A stretch of 64,000 nucleotides of DNA from Lachnospiraceae bacterium UBA7202 (GCA_002490705.1 DKUO01000023.1:6535-70534), one strand, 5' to 3'. Counted from the first letter of the stretch, positions 1-11,699 are shown. Notes: generated from the letters alone by a model not told the origin. A program made the numbers and translations.

Positions 1-456
1 GAAACCTTCGGCGGACGCGGCATGAGTGTGCTGACGGCTTCTCTCTTATTGGGACTGATGATTTTACCCACCATAATCAGTGTTTCGGAAACCTCCATCC
101 GGGCCGTCCCGGAAAGCTACTATGAGGGCGGGCTTGCCCTCGGGGCTTCCCACGAAAAAAGCGTCTTTTTTACCGTGCTTCCCGCCGCGAAAAGCGGTAT
201 CTTCGCAGGCGTCGTATTGGGAATCGGACGGGCAGTCGGGGAAACCATGGCGGTTATGATGGTCGCAGGAAATCAGGCTGTCATCCCGTCCAGTGTGCTT
301 TCCGGCGTTCGGACACTGACCACAAACATTGTACTCGAAATGGGATATTCTACGGATTTACACCGGGAAATGTTAATCGGCACAGCTGTCGTCCTATTTG
401 TCTTTATCCTTATGATCAATTTATCCCTTTCTCTGTTTAAAAGGAGGGTGAAATAG
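1..456 (+). CDS. pstC: Phosphate ABC transporter permease PstC, C-terminal part (5' end lies outside the window)
   Basis: The frame is open from base 1. It has a permease EAA-like segment (YYEGGLALGASHEKSVFFTVLPAAKSGI) and is followed directly by pstA-pstB-phoU. Confidence 0.85.
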   Translation, partial: ETFGGRGMSVLTASLLLGLMILPTIISVSETSIRAVPESYYEGGLALGASHEKSVFFTVLPAAKSGIFAGVVLGIGRAVGETMAVMMVAGNQAVIPSSVLSGVRTLTTNIVLEMGYSTDLHREMLIGTAVVLFVFILMINLSLSLFKRRVK

Positions 457-1323
457 ATGACCGGCTATCTGAAACGGAAATGGCGCGCATACAGGCATGA
501 CCCTAAATCCTTTTTTCTTTTTCTTTCCGTGTGCCTTGCGGCATTGATTACCATGCTTGCACTTGTTTTTATCATCGCCTATATCCTGATCAAGGGGATT
601 CCCAATATCACGCCGGAATTATTTGACAGCAGCTATACAACGGAAAATGTATCCCTGCTTCCGGCACTGATCAACACCCTGTTTATCACACTGCTTTCCC
701 TGCTGTTTGCCGTTCCCGTAGGGATCGGCGCTGCCATTTATCTGACGGAATATGCAAGGCGGGGAAACAAGCTGATTTCTGTTGTAGGCATCACCGCGGA
801 AACATTGTCCGGGATTCCGTCCATCGTTTATGGATTGTTCGGTTCTCTGTTCTTTGTAAAATATCTTGGTTTGGGGTTGTCCTTGTTATCCGGGGCTCTG
901 ACCTTAAGCATTATGATCCTGCCGCTTATCATGCGGACAACGGAGGAAGCCCTGCGCAGTGTCCCCGACAGTTATCGTGAGGGCAGCTTTGGGCTTGGGG
1001 CAGGGAAACTGCGAACCGTATTCTCCATTGTCCTGCCCTGCGCTGTTCCGGGTATTTTATCCGGGGTTATTCTCGGAATCGGGCGTATCGTCGGGGAATC
1101 GGCGGCGCTGATCTTTACTGCCGGAACCGTTGCTGAAATCGCGACAAGCATTTTTTCTTCGGCAAGGACCTTATCCGTCCATATGTATTCCATTTCGGGC
1201 GAAGGACTGTACCTCAAGCAAACTTACGCAACTGCGGTTGTATTATTGGTCGTCGTCATTTTGATAAACGGACTTTCCGGGTTCGTTGCAAAAAAGCTGG
1301 GAGGTAGAAATACAGATGGATAA
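457..1323 (+). CDS. pstA: Phosphate ABC transporter permease PstA
   Basis: 288 aa and multi-TM. The motif [22 protein letters not shown] is typical of PstA. The ATG sits 1 nt after the pstC stop. Confidence 0.88.
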   Translation: MTGYLKRKWRAYRHDPKSFFLFLSVCLAALITMLALVFIIAYILIKGIPNITPELFDSSYTTENVSLLPALINTLFITLLSLLFAVPVGIGAAIYLTEYARRGNKLISVVGITAETLSGIPSIVYGLFGSLFFVKYLGLGLSLLSGALTLSIMILPLIMRTTEEALRSVPDSYREGSFGLGAGKLRTVFSIVLPCAVPGILSGVILGIGRIVGESAALIFTAGTVAEIATSIFSSARTLSVHMYSISGEGLYLKQTYATAVVLLVVVILINGLSGFVAKKLGGRNTDG

Positions 1324-2065
1324 AGTCACGGTTGAGGGTTTGGATTTATTCTATGGAAACTTTCAAGCCCTGAAAAACATAAATGTAGCGTTTAAAGAGC
1401 ATGAAATTACCGCTCTGATCGGCCCGTCGGGCTGCGGGAAATCGACCTTGCTGAAAACCCTGAACCGCATGAACGATTTGGTGGAGGGCTGCCGCATCAA
1501 AGGAAATGTCCGTTTAGACGGTGAGAACATTTATGGGGATATGGATATCAACCTGCTCCGCAAACGCGTGGGAATGGTCTTTCAAAAACCGAACCCGTTC
1601 CCCATGAGCATTTATGACAATATCGCCTTTGGCCCAAGGACACATGGGATCCGTTCCAAAGCGGCACTGGATGAAATTGTGGAGCGTTCCCTGAAAGGGG
1701 CGGCAATTTGGGATGAGGTAAAAGACAGGTTGAAAAAGTCCGCGCTCGGCATGTCGGGCGGCCAGCAGCAACGGCTCTGCATCGCCCGCGCTTTGGCAGT
1801 AGAGCCGGAGGTTTTACTGATGGACGAACCGACCAGCGCGCTTGACCCCATTTCGACGGCAAAAGTAGAGGAGCTTGCCGAAGAACTGAAAAAAGACTAT
1901 ACCATTATCATTGTGACACACAATATGCAGCAGGCACTTCGGATTTCCGACAGGACAGCGTTTTTCCTGCTCGGGGAAATGGTGGAATTGGGAAAAACCG
2001 AAAAACTGTTCTCCGTGCCGCAGGACAAACGGACGGAGGACTATATTACAGGGAGGTTTGGCTAA
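1316..2065 (+). CDS. pstB: Phosphate import ATP-binding protein PstB
   Basis: Walker [10 protein letters not shown], signature SGGQQQR, Walker [13 protein letters not shown] placed the start at ATG 1316 behind GGGAGG rather than at the TTG at 1286. It overlaps pstA by 8 nt. Confidence 0.92.
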   Translation: MDKVTVEGLDLFYGNFQALKNINVAFKEHEITALIGPSGCGKSTLLKTLNRMNDLVEGCRIKGNVRLDGENIYGDMDINLLRKRVGMVFQKPNPFPMSIYDNIAFGPRTHGIRSKAALDEIVERSLKGAAIWDEVKDRLKKSALGMSGGQQQRLCIARALAVEPEVLLMDEPTSALDPISTAKVEELAEELKKDYTIIIVTHNMQQALRISDRTAFFLLGEMVELGKTEKLFSVPQDKRTEDYITGRFG

Positions 2066-2706
2066 TGCGTCTTATTTTTGATGAACAGTTGGATTTATTA
2101 AATAAAGAACTGATTACCATGGGGGCTTTTTGCGAAAATGCGATTGCTCTGTCCGCAAAAGCTCTGACAGAGGGAAATCCCGCACTTGCAAAGACAGTTC
2201 CCGATCTCTCTGCGCAAATAGACCACAAGGAACGCGAAATTGAATCTATGTGTCTAAAGCTGCTTTTACAAAGGCAGCCAGTGGCAAAGGATTTAAGAGT
2301 TGTCTCGTCCGCGTTGAAAATGGTGACAGACATGGCGAGAATCGGAGATCAATCCGCAGATATTGCTGAAATTATCACATTGGCCAATATCCGCGCGGAC
2401 GACGATACGCAAATCATTCACGATATGTCGGTTGCTGTTATCAAAATGGTAACGGACAGCATCGACGCCTTTGTCAAAAAGGATATGCAGATGGCAAAAG
2501 CGGTAATCGCATATGATGATGTTGTGGACTCTTTTTTCGATGAAGTCAAGGAAATGCTGATTGCACTCCTCGGCAAACCCGAGGCAGACGGCGAATACGC
2601 AATTGATCTGTTGATGATTGCAAAATACTTTGAACGTATCGGAGATCATGCGGTGAACATCGCACAATGGGTTCTGTTCTCGATTACGGGAAACAAAGAG
2701 GGATAA
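2065..2706 (+). CDS. phoU: Phosphate signalling complex protein PhoU
   Basis: 213 aa with two PhoU repeats (ARIGDQSADIAE and ERIGDHAVNIAQ). TAATG overlap with pstB. Confidence 0.9.
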   Translation: MRLIFDEQLDLLNKELITMGAFCENAIALSAKALTEGNPALAKTVPDLSAQIDHKEREIESMCLKLLLQRQPVAKDLRVVSSALKMVTDMARIGDQSADIAEIITLANIRADDDTQIIHDMSVAVIKMVTDSIDAFVKKDMQMAKAVIAYDDVVDSFFDEVKEMLIALLGKPEADGEYAIDLLMIAKYFERIGDHAVNIAQWVLFSITGNKEG

Positions 2707-2785
2707 GGGCCCAATCATTGATGAGATATGGGTAATATGCTATGATTGAATTCGAAATATTGCCGCAAAAAAGGAGCATACTACT

Positions 2786-3460
2786 ATGATTTATTGTGTT
2801 GAGGACGACAGTTCCATTCGTGATCTGATGATATACACATTAAATTCTGCCGGATTTGAAGCCAAAGGTTTTGACAACGGCGACCGTCTTTTTGACGCTT
2901 TACAGACAGAAAAACCGCAGCTTATCATGCTGGATATCATGCTTCCCGGCGAAGACGGCCTTTCCATTTTAAAAAGGCTGCGAAGGCAGCCGTCTGCAAA
3001 AGATATCCCTGTGATTATGGCAACAGCCAAGGGAACGGAGTACGACAAGGTAACCGGACTGGATCTGGGCGCTGATGATTATCTGTCCAAACCGTTCGGC
3101 ATGATGGAAATGATTTCCCGCGTCAAGGCGGTACTGCGCCGCGTCAATCCAATAAAAGAAGTAAAAATGCTGAAAATTGGAAAATTGGAATTAAATTCAG
3201 AAACATACATTGTACTTGCAAATAAGGAACGAATTCCGTTAACACTAAAAGAATATAAACTGCTCCGTACTTTTATGGAAAACCCCGGACGGGTATTTAC
3301 GCGCGACCAGCTTCTTGAAATGATATGGGGCACTGATTATATCGGGGAAACCCGAACTGTAGACGTTCACATCGGAACGCTCCGCACAAAATTGGGCGAA
3401 TATGGGAACTATATTGAAACGGTACGGGGCGTCGGGTATCGAATGGAGGAAAAAGAATGA
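2786..3460 (+). CDS. OmpR-family response regulator, PhoP/PhoB-type by context
   Basis: Receiver domain (LIMLDIMLPGEDG) plus winged helix (TVRGVGYRM). It sits between phoU and a PhoR-like kinase. Confidence 0.85.
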   Translation: MIYCVEDDSSIRDLMIYTLNSAGFEAKGFDNGDRLFDALQTEKPQLIMLDIMLPGEDGLSILKRLRRQPSAKDIPVIMATAKGTEYDKVTGLDLGADDYLSKPFGMMEMISRVKAVLRRVNPIKEVKMLKIGKLELNSETYIVLANKERIPLTLKEYKLLRTFMENPGRVFTRDQLLEMIWGTDYIGETRTVDVHIGTLRTKLGEYGNYIETVRGVGYRMEEKE

Positions 3461-5112
3461 CAAAACGTATTTTTCGGTCAATTTGTCTTGTCGCGTTGAC
3501 TGTTTTTGTTGCGTCCGTTTTTTTGATCATGGGACTTTTGTATGAATATTTTTCTGATGCCATGCAGGCGCAGTTAAAAATGCAGACCGATCTTGCCGCA
3601 CAAGGCGTTACCAATGAGGGAATTTCCTATTTTCATGATCTCAAAGTAACAAATTACCGGATCTCATTGATTGATATGAACGGCAATGTTCTTTACGACA
3701 GCGCCTCTGACATTGCGAAGATGGGAAATCATTTGGAGCGGGAAGAGATCCAGCAGGCAATCATAAAAGGCTACGGGGAGAGCAGGCGCTATTCCGCAAC
3801 CTTAACAGAACGATCTTTGTACTGCGCACAGAAGCTTGATGACGGTACGATTCTGCGGCTCTCCATATCACAGCGCTCCATTTTCACACTTCTGCTGGGA
3901 ATGGTACAGCCCGTCTGCATCGTTTTTCTCATCGCATTGGTTTTGTCGATTGTTTTGGCCAAACAGGTTTCCCAGAAAATTGTAAAGCCGATCAATGAAA
4001 TTGACCTTGACAATCCGCTGTCAAACGAGGAATACGATGAGCTTTCCCCTTTTCTGCGGCGCATTGACAGCCAGCAGAAGCAGATGCGCGCGCAAAAGGC
4101 GGAGCTTGCGCAAAAGAGCGACGAGCTGGACACGATTATAGGAAGCATGAACGAGGGCATGATTCTGCTGAATTCTAAAGGGAAAATTATCAGTATCAAT
4201 TCCGCCGCGAAAAAACTATTGGACGCAGGAAATGATTGTATCGGCTCGGATATGCTGTCTTTATGCCGCAACCTTGAACTACAGGATGTCCTTGCCAAAG
4301 CCCTGCACGGAGAGCAAGGCCAAAACAGCATTAAGCTGCATGGAGAAAGCTATCAAATTGACGCCGATCCGATTGTTTCTGAAAATATTGTGAAAGGGAC
4401 TGCCCTTTTCCTTTTCAACGTAACGGAAAAAGAAAAAGCGGAACAGATCCGCCGCGAATTTACCGCGAATGTCTCCCATGAATTGAAAACGCCCCTTCAT
4501 TCCATTTCCGGTTATGCGGAGCTTTTGAAAAACGATATGGTAAAGGAAGCGGACAAAATCCCCTTTGCCGGGAAGATTTATGAGGAAGCCGGGCGTATGA
4601 TACAGCTTGTGGAAGATATTATCAGCCTTTCACACCTTGATGAAGGCGCCGGAGACATGCAGTGGGAAAATACCGACCTATATACCTTGGCGGATAAGGC
4701 GGTACAGAGCTTAGAGCCTCAGGCAAACGCCGCATGCGTTACCTTGGCGCTTTCCGGTGTCCCTGCTGTCATTAACGGTATACCCCAGCTTCTATACAGT
4801 ATCGTATATAATCTCTGTGACAATGCGATTAAGTATAATCACGAAAACGGGAGCGTAATGGTGACGATAGAAAACGAAAATAACAAGGTAGTCTTATCCG
4901 TGCAGGATACCGGCATCGGGATCGCACCTGAACATCAGGAGCGGATTTTTGAACGGTTTTACCGTGTGGATAAAAGCCATTCCAAGGCAGTCGGCGGAAC
5001 AGGGCTTGGGCTTTCCATCGTAAAACACGCCGCTAAGATCCATAATGCCAAAATAGAGATAAAAAGCCTTGTAGGAAAAGGCTCGACCGTGATTGTAACA
5101 TTCCCTAAATAG
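3457..5112 (+). CDS. Sensor histidine kinase, PhoR-type by context
   Basis: 551 aa. N-terminal TM segments, H-box FTANVSHELKTPL, N-box CDNAIKYN and G-boxes DTGIGI / GGTGLGLSIVK. ATGA overlap with the regulator gene. Confidence 0.85.
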   Translation: MTKRIFRSICLVALTVFVASVFLIMGLLYEYFSDAMQAQLKMQTDLAAQGVTNEGISYFHDLKVTNYRISLIDMNGNVLYDSASDIAKMGNHLEREEIQQAIIKGYGESRRYSATLTERSLYCAQKLDDGTILRLSISQRSIFTLLLGMVQPVCIVFLIALVLSIVLAKQVSQKIVKPINEIDLDNPLSNEEYDELSPFLRRIDSQQKQMRAQKAELAQKSDELDTIIGSMNEGMILLNSKGKIISINSAAKKLLDAGNDCIGSDMLSLCRNLELQDVLAKALHGEQGQNSIKLHGESYQIDADPIVSENIVKGTALFLFNVTEKEKAEQIRREFTANVSHELKTPLHSISGYAELLKNDMVKEADKIPFAGKIYEEAGRMIQLVEDIISLSHLDEGAGDMQWENTDLYTLADKAVQSLEPQANAACVTLALSGVPAVINGIPQLLYSIVYNLCDNAIKYNHENGSVMVTIENENNKVVLSVQDTGIGIAPEHQERIFERFYRVDKSHSKAVGGTGLGLSIVKHAAKIHNAKIEIKSLVGKGSTVIVTFPK

Positions 5113-5893
5113 GCGGGAATCCTTGCCGCCCATACTCCGAAGGCGTCATTCCGCACACCTTTTTAAAATAGCGGGTAAAATGCGGCAGACTGTCAAACCC
5201 GGCTTGCACGGCCGCCTGTCCTACCGGCATTTTTTCCACCCGCAGCAGATACTTAGATCGCTCCAGTCGGGCATCCAGCAACTCGGATTTGGGCGAGCGG
5301 TTAAAAAACAGCTTATAGTAGCTGTAAAACTGGCTCGTTCCCAGATTCGTCAAAGCCGCCATACTTTCCGCATCCCATTTTTTGTCCATATGCGTCAAAA
5401 TCTCGGTTCTTGCCTTCCTGAACTGCTCAAAGAGATCGGCCTGGAAATCTCTCCCCTTCGGAAAGGTGTGAATCTGTCTGGAAAAAAGAATAAACAGCTG
5501 GTGCATCAGTTTGTCAATCTCTTCCTGATAATAATCCTGCTTTGTCACACTTTCCACATAAATCAATTTGAACAGCGTATTCATGGCGTCGGGATATAGC
5601 GGATAGACAATTTTGTTGACGGGAAGGTCGTACGCCGTCAGAAAGCTGTCATCATCGCAGGTAAAATGCACAAAGCTGTTTTTAAAACGTTCAACTGCCT
5701 GATAAATCTGCGGCTCTCCCGGCGTATACAGCATACATGCCCCTTCCTTTGTCATTTGCATTCTGCCGCCCGTCTGCACTTTCATCGGCGTCATGAAATA
5801 GAGAAAGAGATAATCCCCGCTGCCCTCGGGGCGGTTGATCAAATCGCAGTCCGGGTTGGATCGGTTATAATCGCAGTAGCCTGTATGAAACAT
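5105..5893 (-). CDS. AraC-family transcriptional regulator
   Basis: C-terminal double HTH (PVGQAAVQAGFDSLPHFTRYFKKVCGMTPSEY). I placed the start at the ATG preceded by AAAGGAGG (5893). It is divergent from the arabinofuranosidase gene. Confidence 0.85.
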   Translation of the reverse strand: MFHTGYCDYNRSNPDCDLINRPEGSGDYLFLYFMTPMKVQTGGRMQMTKEGACMLYTPGEPQIYQAVERFKNSFVHFTCDDDSFLTAYDLPVNKIVYPLYPDAMNTLFKLIYVESVTKQDYYQEEIDKLMHQLFILFSRQIHTFPKGRDFQADLFEQFRKARTEILTHMDKKWDAESMAALTNLGTSQFYSYYKLFFNRSPKSELLDARLERSKYLLRVEKMPVGQAAVQAGFDSLPHFTRYFKKVCGMTPSEYGRQGFPPI

Positions 5894-6009
5894 CGGAAAC
5901 CTCCTTTTCCCCATCATAGCCCAATATCGGAAGAAAAGTCAAATATGGCGCAAGAAAAGATATGGTTATTTTTATTCCTTTTGTTACAATAAACATACAA
6001 CCTTATTGA

Positions 6010-7551
<1,542 letters not shown>

Positions 7552-7789
7552 TATGGGTTTCGTTCATAAATTGTTCATATTTAATTTTAAAAAACTTCAT
7601 TTTAGAATCATGATTTAGACATTTCTGCTCCGTATACTAAAACCATAAGATACAGCAAGGCAAAGCTGATAACAAGTTAGCCGATTAATTTAAAAACTTT
7701 TTCATAATAAATGCCAAGTAAGGGAAACTTTACTTGGCATCCTCCCTTTTCCGGGGTTTTTACGCATTATCCATGTATACAATTTCCCC

Positions 7790-7818
7790 TTGCCAGATAT
7801 TTGTTCATATGGTATACT
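7790..7818 (+). promoter_or_regulatory. Sigma-70/SigA-type promoter for the symporter gene
   Basis: TTGCCA (7790-7795), a 17-nt spacer, then TATACT (7813-7818). Confidence 0.5.
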
Positions 7819-7871
7819 TGAATACCGTAAGAATCTTTACCATGTGAAAAAAAGTGTTCCATAGCCGTCGA

Positions 7872-7906
7872 CGTAGACATTTGGTTCGGATGTCTGCGCC
7901 TTTTTT
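7872..7906 (+). terminator. Leader terminator-like hairpin (possible attenuator) upstream of the symporter gene
   Basis: A 9-bp stem (7872-7880 pairs with 7890-7898, including one G-U), a 9-nt loop, then CC + TTTTTT. It lies inside the 5' UTR, 54 nt before the ATG. Confidence 0.45.
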
Positions 7907-7959
7907 CCTTATAGGCTATGGTTGGAACGCACATGCAAGCAGTGAGGAGGAAAGGTATT

Positions 7960-9453
7960 ATGGTAGAAATGATCACAAAGGTGAACGGCGCCATCAACGG
8001 ATTCGTATGGGGCATCCCCATGTTGGTGCTGCTCGTCGGTACGGGCATTCTGATGACGGTCCTTACCAAATTTTTCCAGCTGTCTCATATTGGGCATTGG
8101 TTTAAAAATACCATCGGCGGTATTTTTCATGACAAACATATCACCAAACACACGGACAAGGAAGATCAGTCCATCTCTCAGTTCCAGTCCCTGTGTACGG
8201 CTCTGGCGGCCACCATCGGAACCGGTAATATCGTAGGTGTGGCAAGCGCCCTGATCGCGGGCGGCCCCGGCGCTATTTTTTGGATGTGGATCGTAGCTTT
8301 TTTCGGCATGATGACCAACTATTCCGAAAATGTGCTGGGCATCTACTATCGACGTAAAAATGAACGGAACGAGTGGTCCGGCGGCGCAATGTACTATTTG
8401 AAGGACGGGCTCGGCTCTTACAAAGGTTTTAAACAGATTGGCGCGATACTGGCCGTCCTGTTCTCCATCTTCTGTGTCATGGCCTCTTTCGGTATCGGCA
8501 ACATGAGTCAGATCAACTCTATCTCCGGTAACATGAAATCCGCTTTCGGTATCCCCACCTATGTAACCGGTATTGCGCTGTTGATTTTGGCAGCTCTTGT
8601 TATCGTGGGCGGTCTGAAACGTATTGCATCCGTCACGGAGAAACTGGTGCCATTTATGGCTATCCTCTATGTGGCGGGCGCACTGGTCATCTTCTTTATG
8701 AATATTGACCAATGCGGCGCTATTTTCTCCGCAATTTTTAGGGGCGCGTTCGGGCTCCGCGCGGTGGGTGGCGGCATCGTCGGCTCCGGCGTCAAGCTGG
8801 CTCTCACATGGGGTATGAAGCGCGGCGTGTTCTCCAATGAGGCCGGCCTTGGTTCCTCCGTTATGGTACACTCCAGCTCTAATGTAAAAGAGCCTGTCCG
8901 TCAGGGCATGTGGGGTATCTTCGAGGTGTTCGCGGATACTATGATCGTCTGCACGCTGACCGCCTTTGTGGTACTCTCCTCCGGTCTAGTTGATCTGGAA
9001 ACCGGCGCGGTGTTGAGCTCCTCCGAGGGTTCCGCTCTGGTAGGCGAGGCTTTTGCCACCAGATTCGGCAGCGCAGGCCCTATGTTTATTGCCATCGCGA
9101 TCCTGTTATTTGCATTTTCCACCGTGCTCGGCTGGAGCCACTATGGCTCTAAGGCATGGGAGTACCTCTTTGGCACAAAATCCATGATCGCCTACAAAAT
9201 TGTTTTTGTGCTGATGATCTATGTGGGGGCCACCATGAATCTGGGACTTGCCTGGGATCTCTCCGATACATTCAACGGCCTGATGGCGATTCCCAACCTG
9301 ATCGGCGTCTTAAGCCTGTCGCCCATTGTCATGAAGATCACCAAAAACTATGTGGCGCGGGTTCTCAAGAAAGAAGAGATACAGCCTATGCTCTCCGCTT
9401 TCCCGGATATCGAGGAAACCCACGCGGAGGAATTGAAGGAATTATATAAATAA
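7960..9453 (+). CDS. Alanine/glycine:cation symporter (AGCS family)
   Basis: Motifs QFQSLCTALAATIGTGNIVGVA, FSNEAGLGSS and WDLSDTFNGLMAIPNL. I placed the start at ATG 7960 behind GAGGAGGAAAGG. Confidence 0.88.
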   Translation: MVEMITKVNGAINGFVWGIPMLVLLVGTGILMTVLTKFFQLSHIGHWFKNTIGGIFHDKHITKHTDKEDQSISQFQSLCTALAATIGTGNIVGVASALIAGGPGAIFWMWIVAFFGMMTNYSENVLGIYYRRKNERNEWSGGAMYYLKDGLGSYKGFKQIGAILAVLFSIFCVMASFGIGNMSQINSISGNMKSAFGIPTYVTGIALLILAALVIVGGLKRIASVTEKLVPFMAILYVAGALVIFFMNIDQCGAIFSAIFRGAFGLRAVGGGIVGSGVKLALTWGMKRGVFSNEAGLGSSVMVHSSSNVKEPVRQGMWGIFEVFADTMIVCTLTAFVVLSSGLVDLETGAVLSSSEGSALVGEAFATRFGSAGPMFIAIAILLFAFSTVLGWSHYGSKAWEYLFGTKSMIAYKIVFVLMIYVGATMNLGLAWDLSDTFNGLMAIPNLIGVLSLSPIVMKITKNYVARVLKKEEIQPMLSAFPDIEETHAEELKELYK

Positions 9454-9475
9454 AAAAAGCAGATTTTGATATAAC

Positions 9476-9518
9476 AAAAAATCCCGGTAAGCTTTCACAG
9501 CTGACCGGGATTTTTTAT
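9476..9518. terminator. Bidirectional intrinsic terminator between the convergent symporter and fba genes
   Basis: AAAAA + ATCCCGGT ... ACCGGGAT + TTTTTT. The stem has 8 bp plus an inner AGCT pairing. Confidence 0.75.
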
Positions 9519-9537
9519 TTCGTATCTCTAATACAAT

Positions 9538-10506
9538 TTACGCCTTACCATCAGAACCGAGCACATTCTTAATCTTGTGTGCAACCATATCCTTAACGGC
9601 CTGTCTTGCGGGCTTCAGATACTGGCGGGGATCAAAGTGATCAGGATGCTCCGCAAAGTACTTACGGATATTACCTGTCATAGCCAGACGGATATCGGAG
9701 TCAATGTTGATCTTACATACAGCAAGCTCCGCCGCCTTACGCAACTGCTCCTCCGGAATACCTACTGCATCGGGCATATTTCCACCGTACTGGTTTACCA
9801 TCTTTACGAACTCCTGCGGCACGGAAGAAGAACCGTGAAGCACGATCGGGAAACCGGGCAGTCTCTTGATGCACTCCTCCAACACGTCGAAGCGAAGCGG
9901 AGGGGGAACCAGAATGCCGTCGGCATTTCTCGTGCACTGTGCGGCAGTAAACTTGTATGCGCCGTGGGAAGTACCGATTGCAATCGCGAGGGAATCACAG
10001 CCTGTCTTGTCAACAAACTCCTCAACCTCCTCAGGACGGGTGTAGGACTCCTTACCGGCCTCCACGGAAACCTCATCCTCAACGCCTGCCAGTGTGCCAA
10101 GCTCTGCCTCAACCACTACGCCGTTCGCATGTGCATACTCAACTACCTGCTTGGTCAGCGCAATGTTATCCTCAAAAGATTTGGAGGAAGCATCGATCAT
10201 AACGGAGGTAAATCCGCCGTCGATACAGGATTTACAAAGCTCAAAGGTATCGCCGTGATCAAGGTGCAGAGCAATCGGGATCTCCGGATTCTCCGCTACA
10301 GCCGCCTCAACCAGCTTCACCAGATAGGTGTGGTTCGCGTATGCGCGCGCACCCTTGGAAACCTGCAGGATAACGGGGCTCTTCAGCTCACCGGCAGCCT
10401 CGGTAATACCCTGAACGATCTCCATGTTGTTCACGTTGAAGGCACCGACTGCATAGCCGCCGTTATAAGCCTTCTTAAACATTTCGGTTGTTGTTACTAA
10501 TGCCAT
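9538..10506 (-). CDS. fba: Fructose-bisphosphate aldolase, class II
   Basis: 322 aa. LHLDHGD, HGSSSVPQE and GTSHGAYKF motifs. Confidence 0.92.
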   Translation of the reverse strand: MALVTTTEMFKKAYNGGYAVGAFNVNNMEIVQGITEAAGELKSPVILQVSKGARAYANHTYLVKLVEAAVAENPEIPIALHLDHGDTFELCKSCIDGGFTSVMIDASSKSFEDNIALTKQVVEYAHANGVVVEAELGTLAGVEDEVSVEAGKESYTRPEEVEEFVDKTGCDSLAIAIGTSHGAYKFTAAQCTRNADGILVPPPLRFDVLEECIKRLPGFPIVLHGSSSVPQEFVKMVNQYGGNMPDAVGIPEEQLRKAAELAVCKINIDSDIRLAMTGNIRKYFAEHPDHFDPRQYLKPARQAVKDMVAHKIKNVLGSDGKA

Positions 10507-10568
10507 AATGTTTACTTCCTTTCTATTAGAATTTTTTATTACTTTCCATCATCTGGAATCCAATTTTT

Positions 10569-10597
10569 ATTTTAACAGCCAGTCCTGAGAAAGTCAA
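10569..10597 (-). promoter_or_regulatory. Sigma-70-type promoter for fba
   Basis: On the minus strand: TTGACT (10597-10592), a 17-nt spacer, then TAAAAT (10574-10569), about 60 nt upstream of the fba ATG. Confidence 0.5.
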
Positions 10598-10621
10598 CAA
10601 CTCTGCGGCGTCTGTGCCTTA

Positions 10622-11521
10622 TCATTCCGGTTCCTTCGGAACTCTGATTTCCAGCGCCTGATGCCAGCTTTCGATCTCCACCGCAAGATGTTCTCCGCCG
10701 AATTCCCCGTCCAGTGTCCATGCTACCGGCTCCTCTGATTCCACTTTCAACTTCTCAGTGGTAAAAGTATAAATATGCTCCGACTTCACGCGCTTATCCA
10801 CCAGAGCGCGGATAATATTATTAATTTCGAGCGGATTCGTCGGCTTGCGGATCAGCGTCACCTCAAAAAGGCCGTCATCCAACGCCACATTCTGTCCCGT
10901 GATTCCCCGGAAACCCCCGACCGAATGGGAATTGGTAATCATGCCATAGAGAAATTCTCCCTCGATCACGCTCTCCTTACAGGTAATCTTCAACGGGTAA
11001 GAGCGCACAGAAGGCAGGCGTTTCACTCCTTCTATCAGATAAGCCGCATGTCCGAGTACGTTTTTCGTGTCCTGGGGCGTCCCGTAAGACACATCCGTAA
11101 AAATGCCAAACGCGGCCACATAGATGAATATGCTATGGTTAAATTTCCCCACATCGCAGGCAAAATTCCTTCCATTCACTACCACATCCGCGGCCCGCAG
11201 CATATTTTTGGGAATGCCCAGACTGTTGGCAAAGTCGTTTGTGCTGCCGGCCGGCACATATCCCACGGGAAGTCTCTGTTTTGACTTCATCATGCCCGAG
11301 ACAACCTCATCTAACGTTCCGTCACCGCCGCTGCATACGACAATTTCGTAGCCGTCCCTTCTCTCCTGCACAGCCTTGACAGCATCGCCTGCCGCCTGCG
11401 TCGGATAGGCTGTCACTTCATAACCTGCCTTTACAAACGTATCAATGATATCCAGAAGATTACTTCTGATCTGCGCTTTTCCCGCTCTCGGATTATAAAC
11501 AAAGAGCATCTGTTTTGCCAT
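10622..11521 (-). CDS. Diacylglycerol/lipid kinase (YegS/BmrU/DagK family)
   Basis: VVCSGGDGTLDEVVSGM catalytic-domain motif. I placed the start at the ATG preceded by GGGAGG (11521). Confidence 0.85.
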   Translation of the reverse strand: MAKQMLFVYNPRAGKAQIRSNLLDIIDTFVKAGYEVTAYPTQAAGDAVKAVQERRDGYEIVVCSGGDGTLDEVVSGMMKSKQRLPVGYVPAGSTNDFANSLGIPKNMLRAADVVVNGRNFACDVGKFNHSIFIYVAAFGIFTDVSYGTPQDTKNVLGHAAYLIEGVKRLPSVRSYPLKITCKESVIEGEFLYGMITNSHSVGGFRGITGQNVALDDGLFEVTLIRKPTNPLEINNIIRALVDKRVKSEHIYTFTTEKLKVESEEPVAWTLDGEFGGEHLAVEIESWHQALEIRVPKEPE

Positions 11522-11540
11522 AGCCAAGCCTCCCATTATA

Positions 11541-11566
11541 ATCGAGCAGGAATACCTTCCTGCTCG
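11541..11566 (-). terminator. Strong hairpin upstream of the lipid kinase gene (terminator or processing structure)
   Basis: CGAGCAGGAA-GGTA-TTCCTGCTCG: a 10-bp perfect stem with a 4-nt loop. The downstream tract on the minus strand is only AT-rich (ATTATAAT). Confidence 0.4.
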
Positions 11567-11621
11567 CCGCGCGGCCCGTGCGCCGCTTTAGCGGCATATT
11601 TCCTCTGCACGGGCCTGCGCA

Positions 11622-11660
11622 TAAAAACAGCTGCCCAGAACACGACCCTGAGCAGCCTGC
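11622..11660 (-). terminator. Intrinsic terminator of the crh-like gene
   Basis: On the minus strand: GCTGCTCAG ... CTGGGCAGC (one mismatch), followed by TGTTTTTAT. Confidence 0.6.
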
Positions 11661-11699
11661 AATTATGCCTTATCAAATGTCAATCCTGTCGCGCCTATC

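Noticed and set aside
5105-5112. An 8-nt overlap of the convergent PhoR-like kinase and AraC regulator 3' ends.
   Set aside because: It is real in the sequence, but short convergent overlaps are common and there is nothing to suggest antisense regulation beyond proximity.
7552-7959. A glycine riboswitch upstream of the alanine/glycine symporter.
   Set aside because: I looked for the tandem aptamer cores (GGAGAG...ACCGAAGGGGCAA-like) and found none. I report only a generic structured leader and terminator instead.
9577-10500. A 307-aa ORF on the + strand.
   Set aside because: It is antisense to class II FBP aldolase. Its composition (L/R/N/C-rich) is typical of the reverse frame of a highly expressed gene. 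It has no RBS.
11573-11615. A GC-rich nested hairpin (GGCCCGTGC...GCCGCT-TT-AGCGGC...GCACGGGCC) that might be a small RNA or REP-like element.
   Set aside because: It lies between two other terminator-like hairpins in the crh-to-lipid-kinase gap. It is most simply part of a compound terminator. I see no promoter or second copy in the window to support an independent element.
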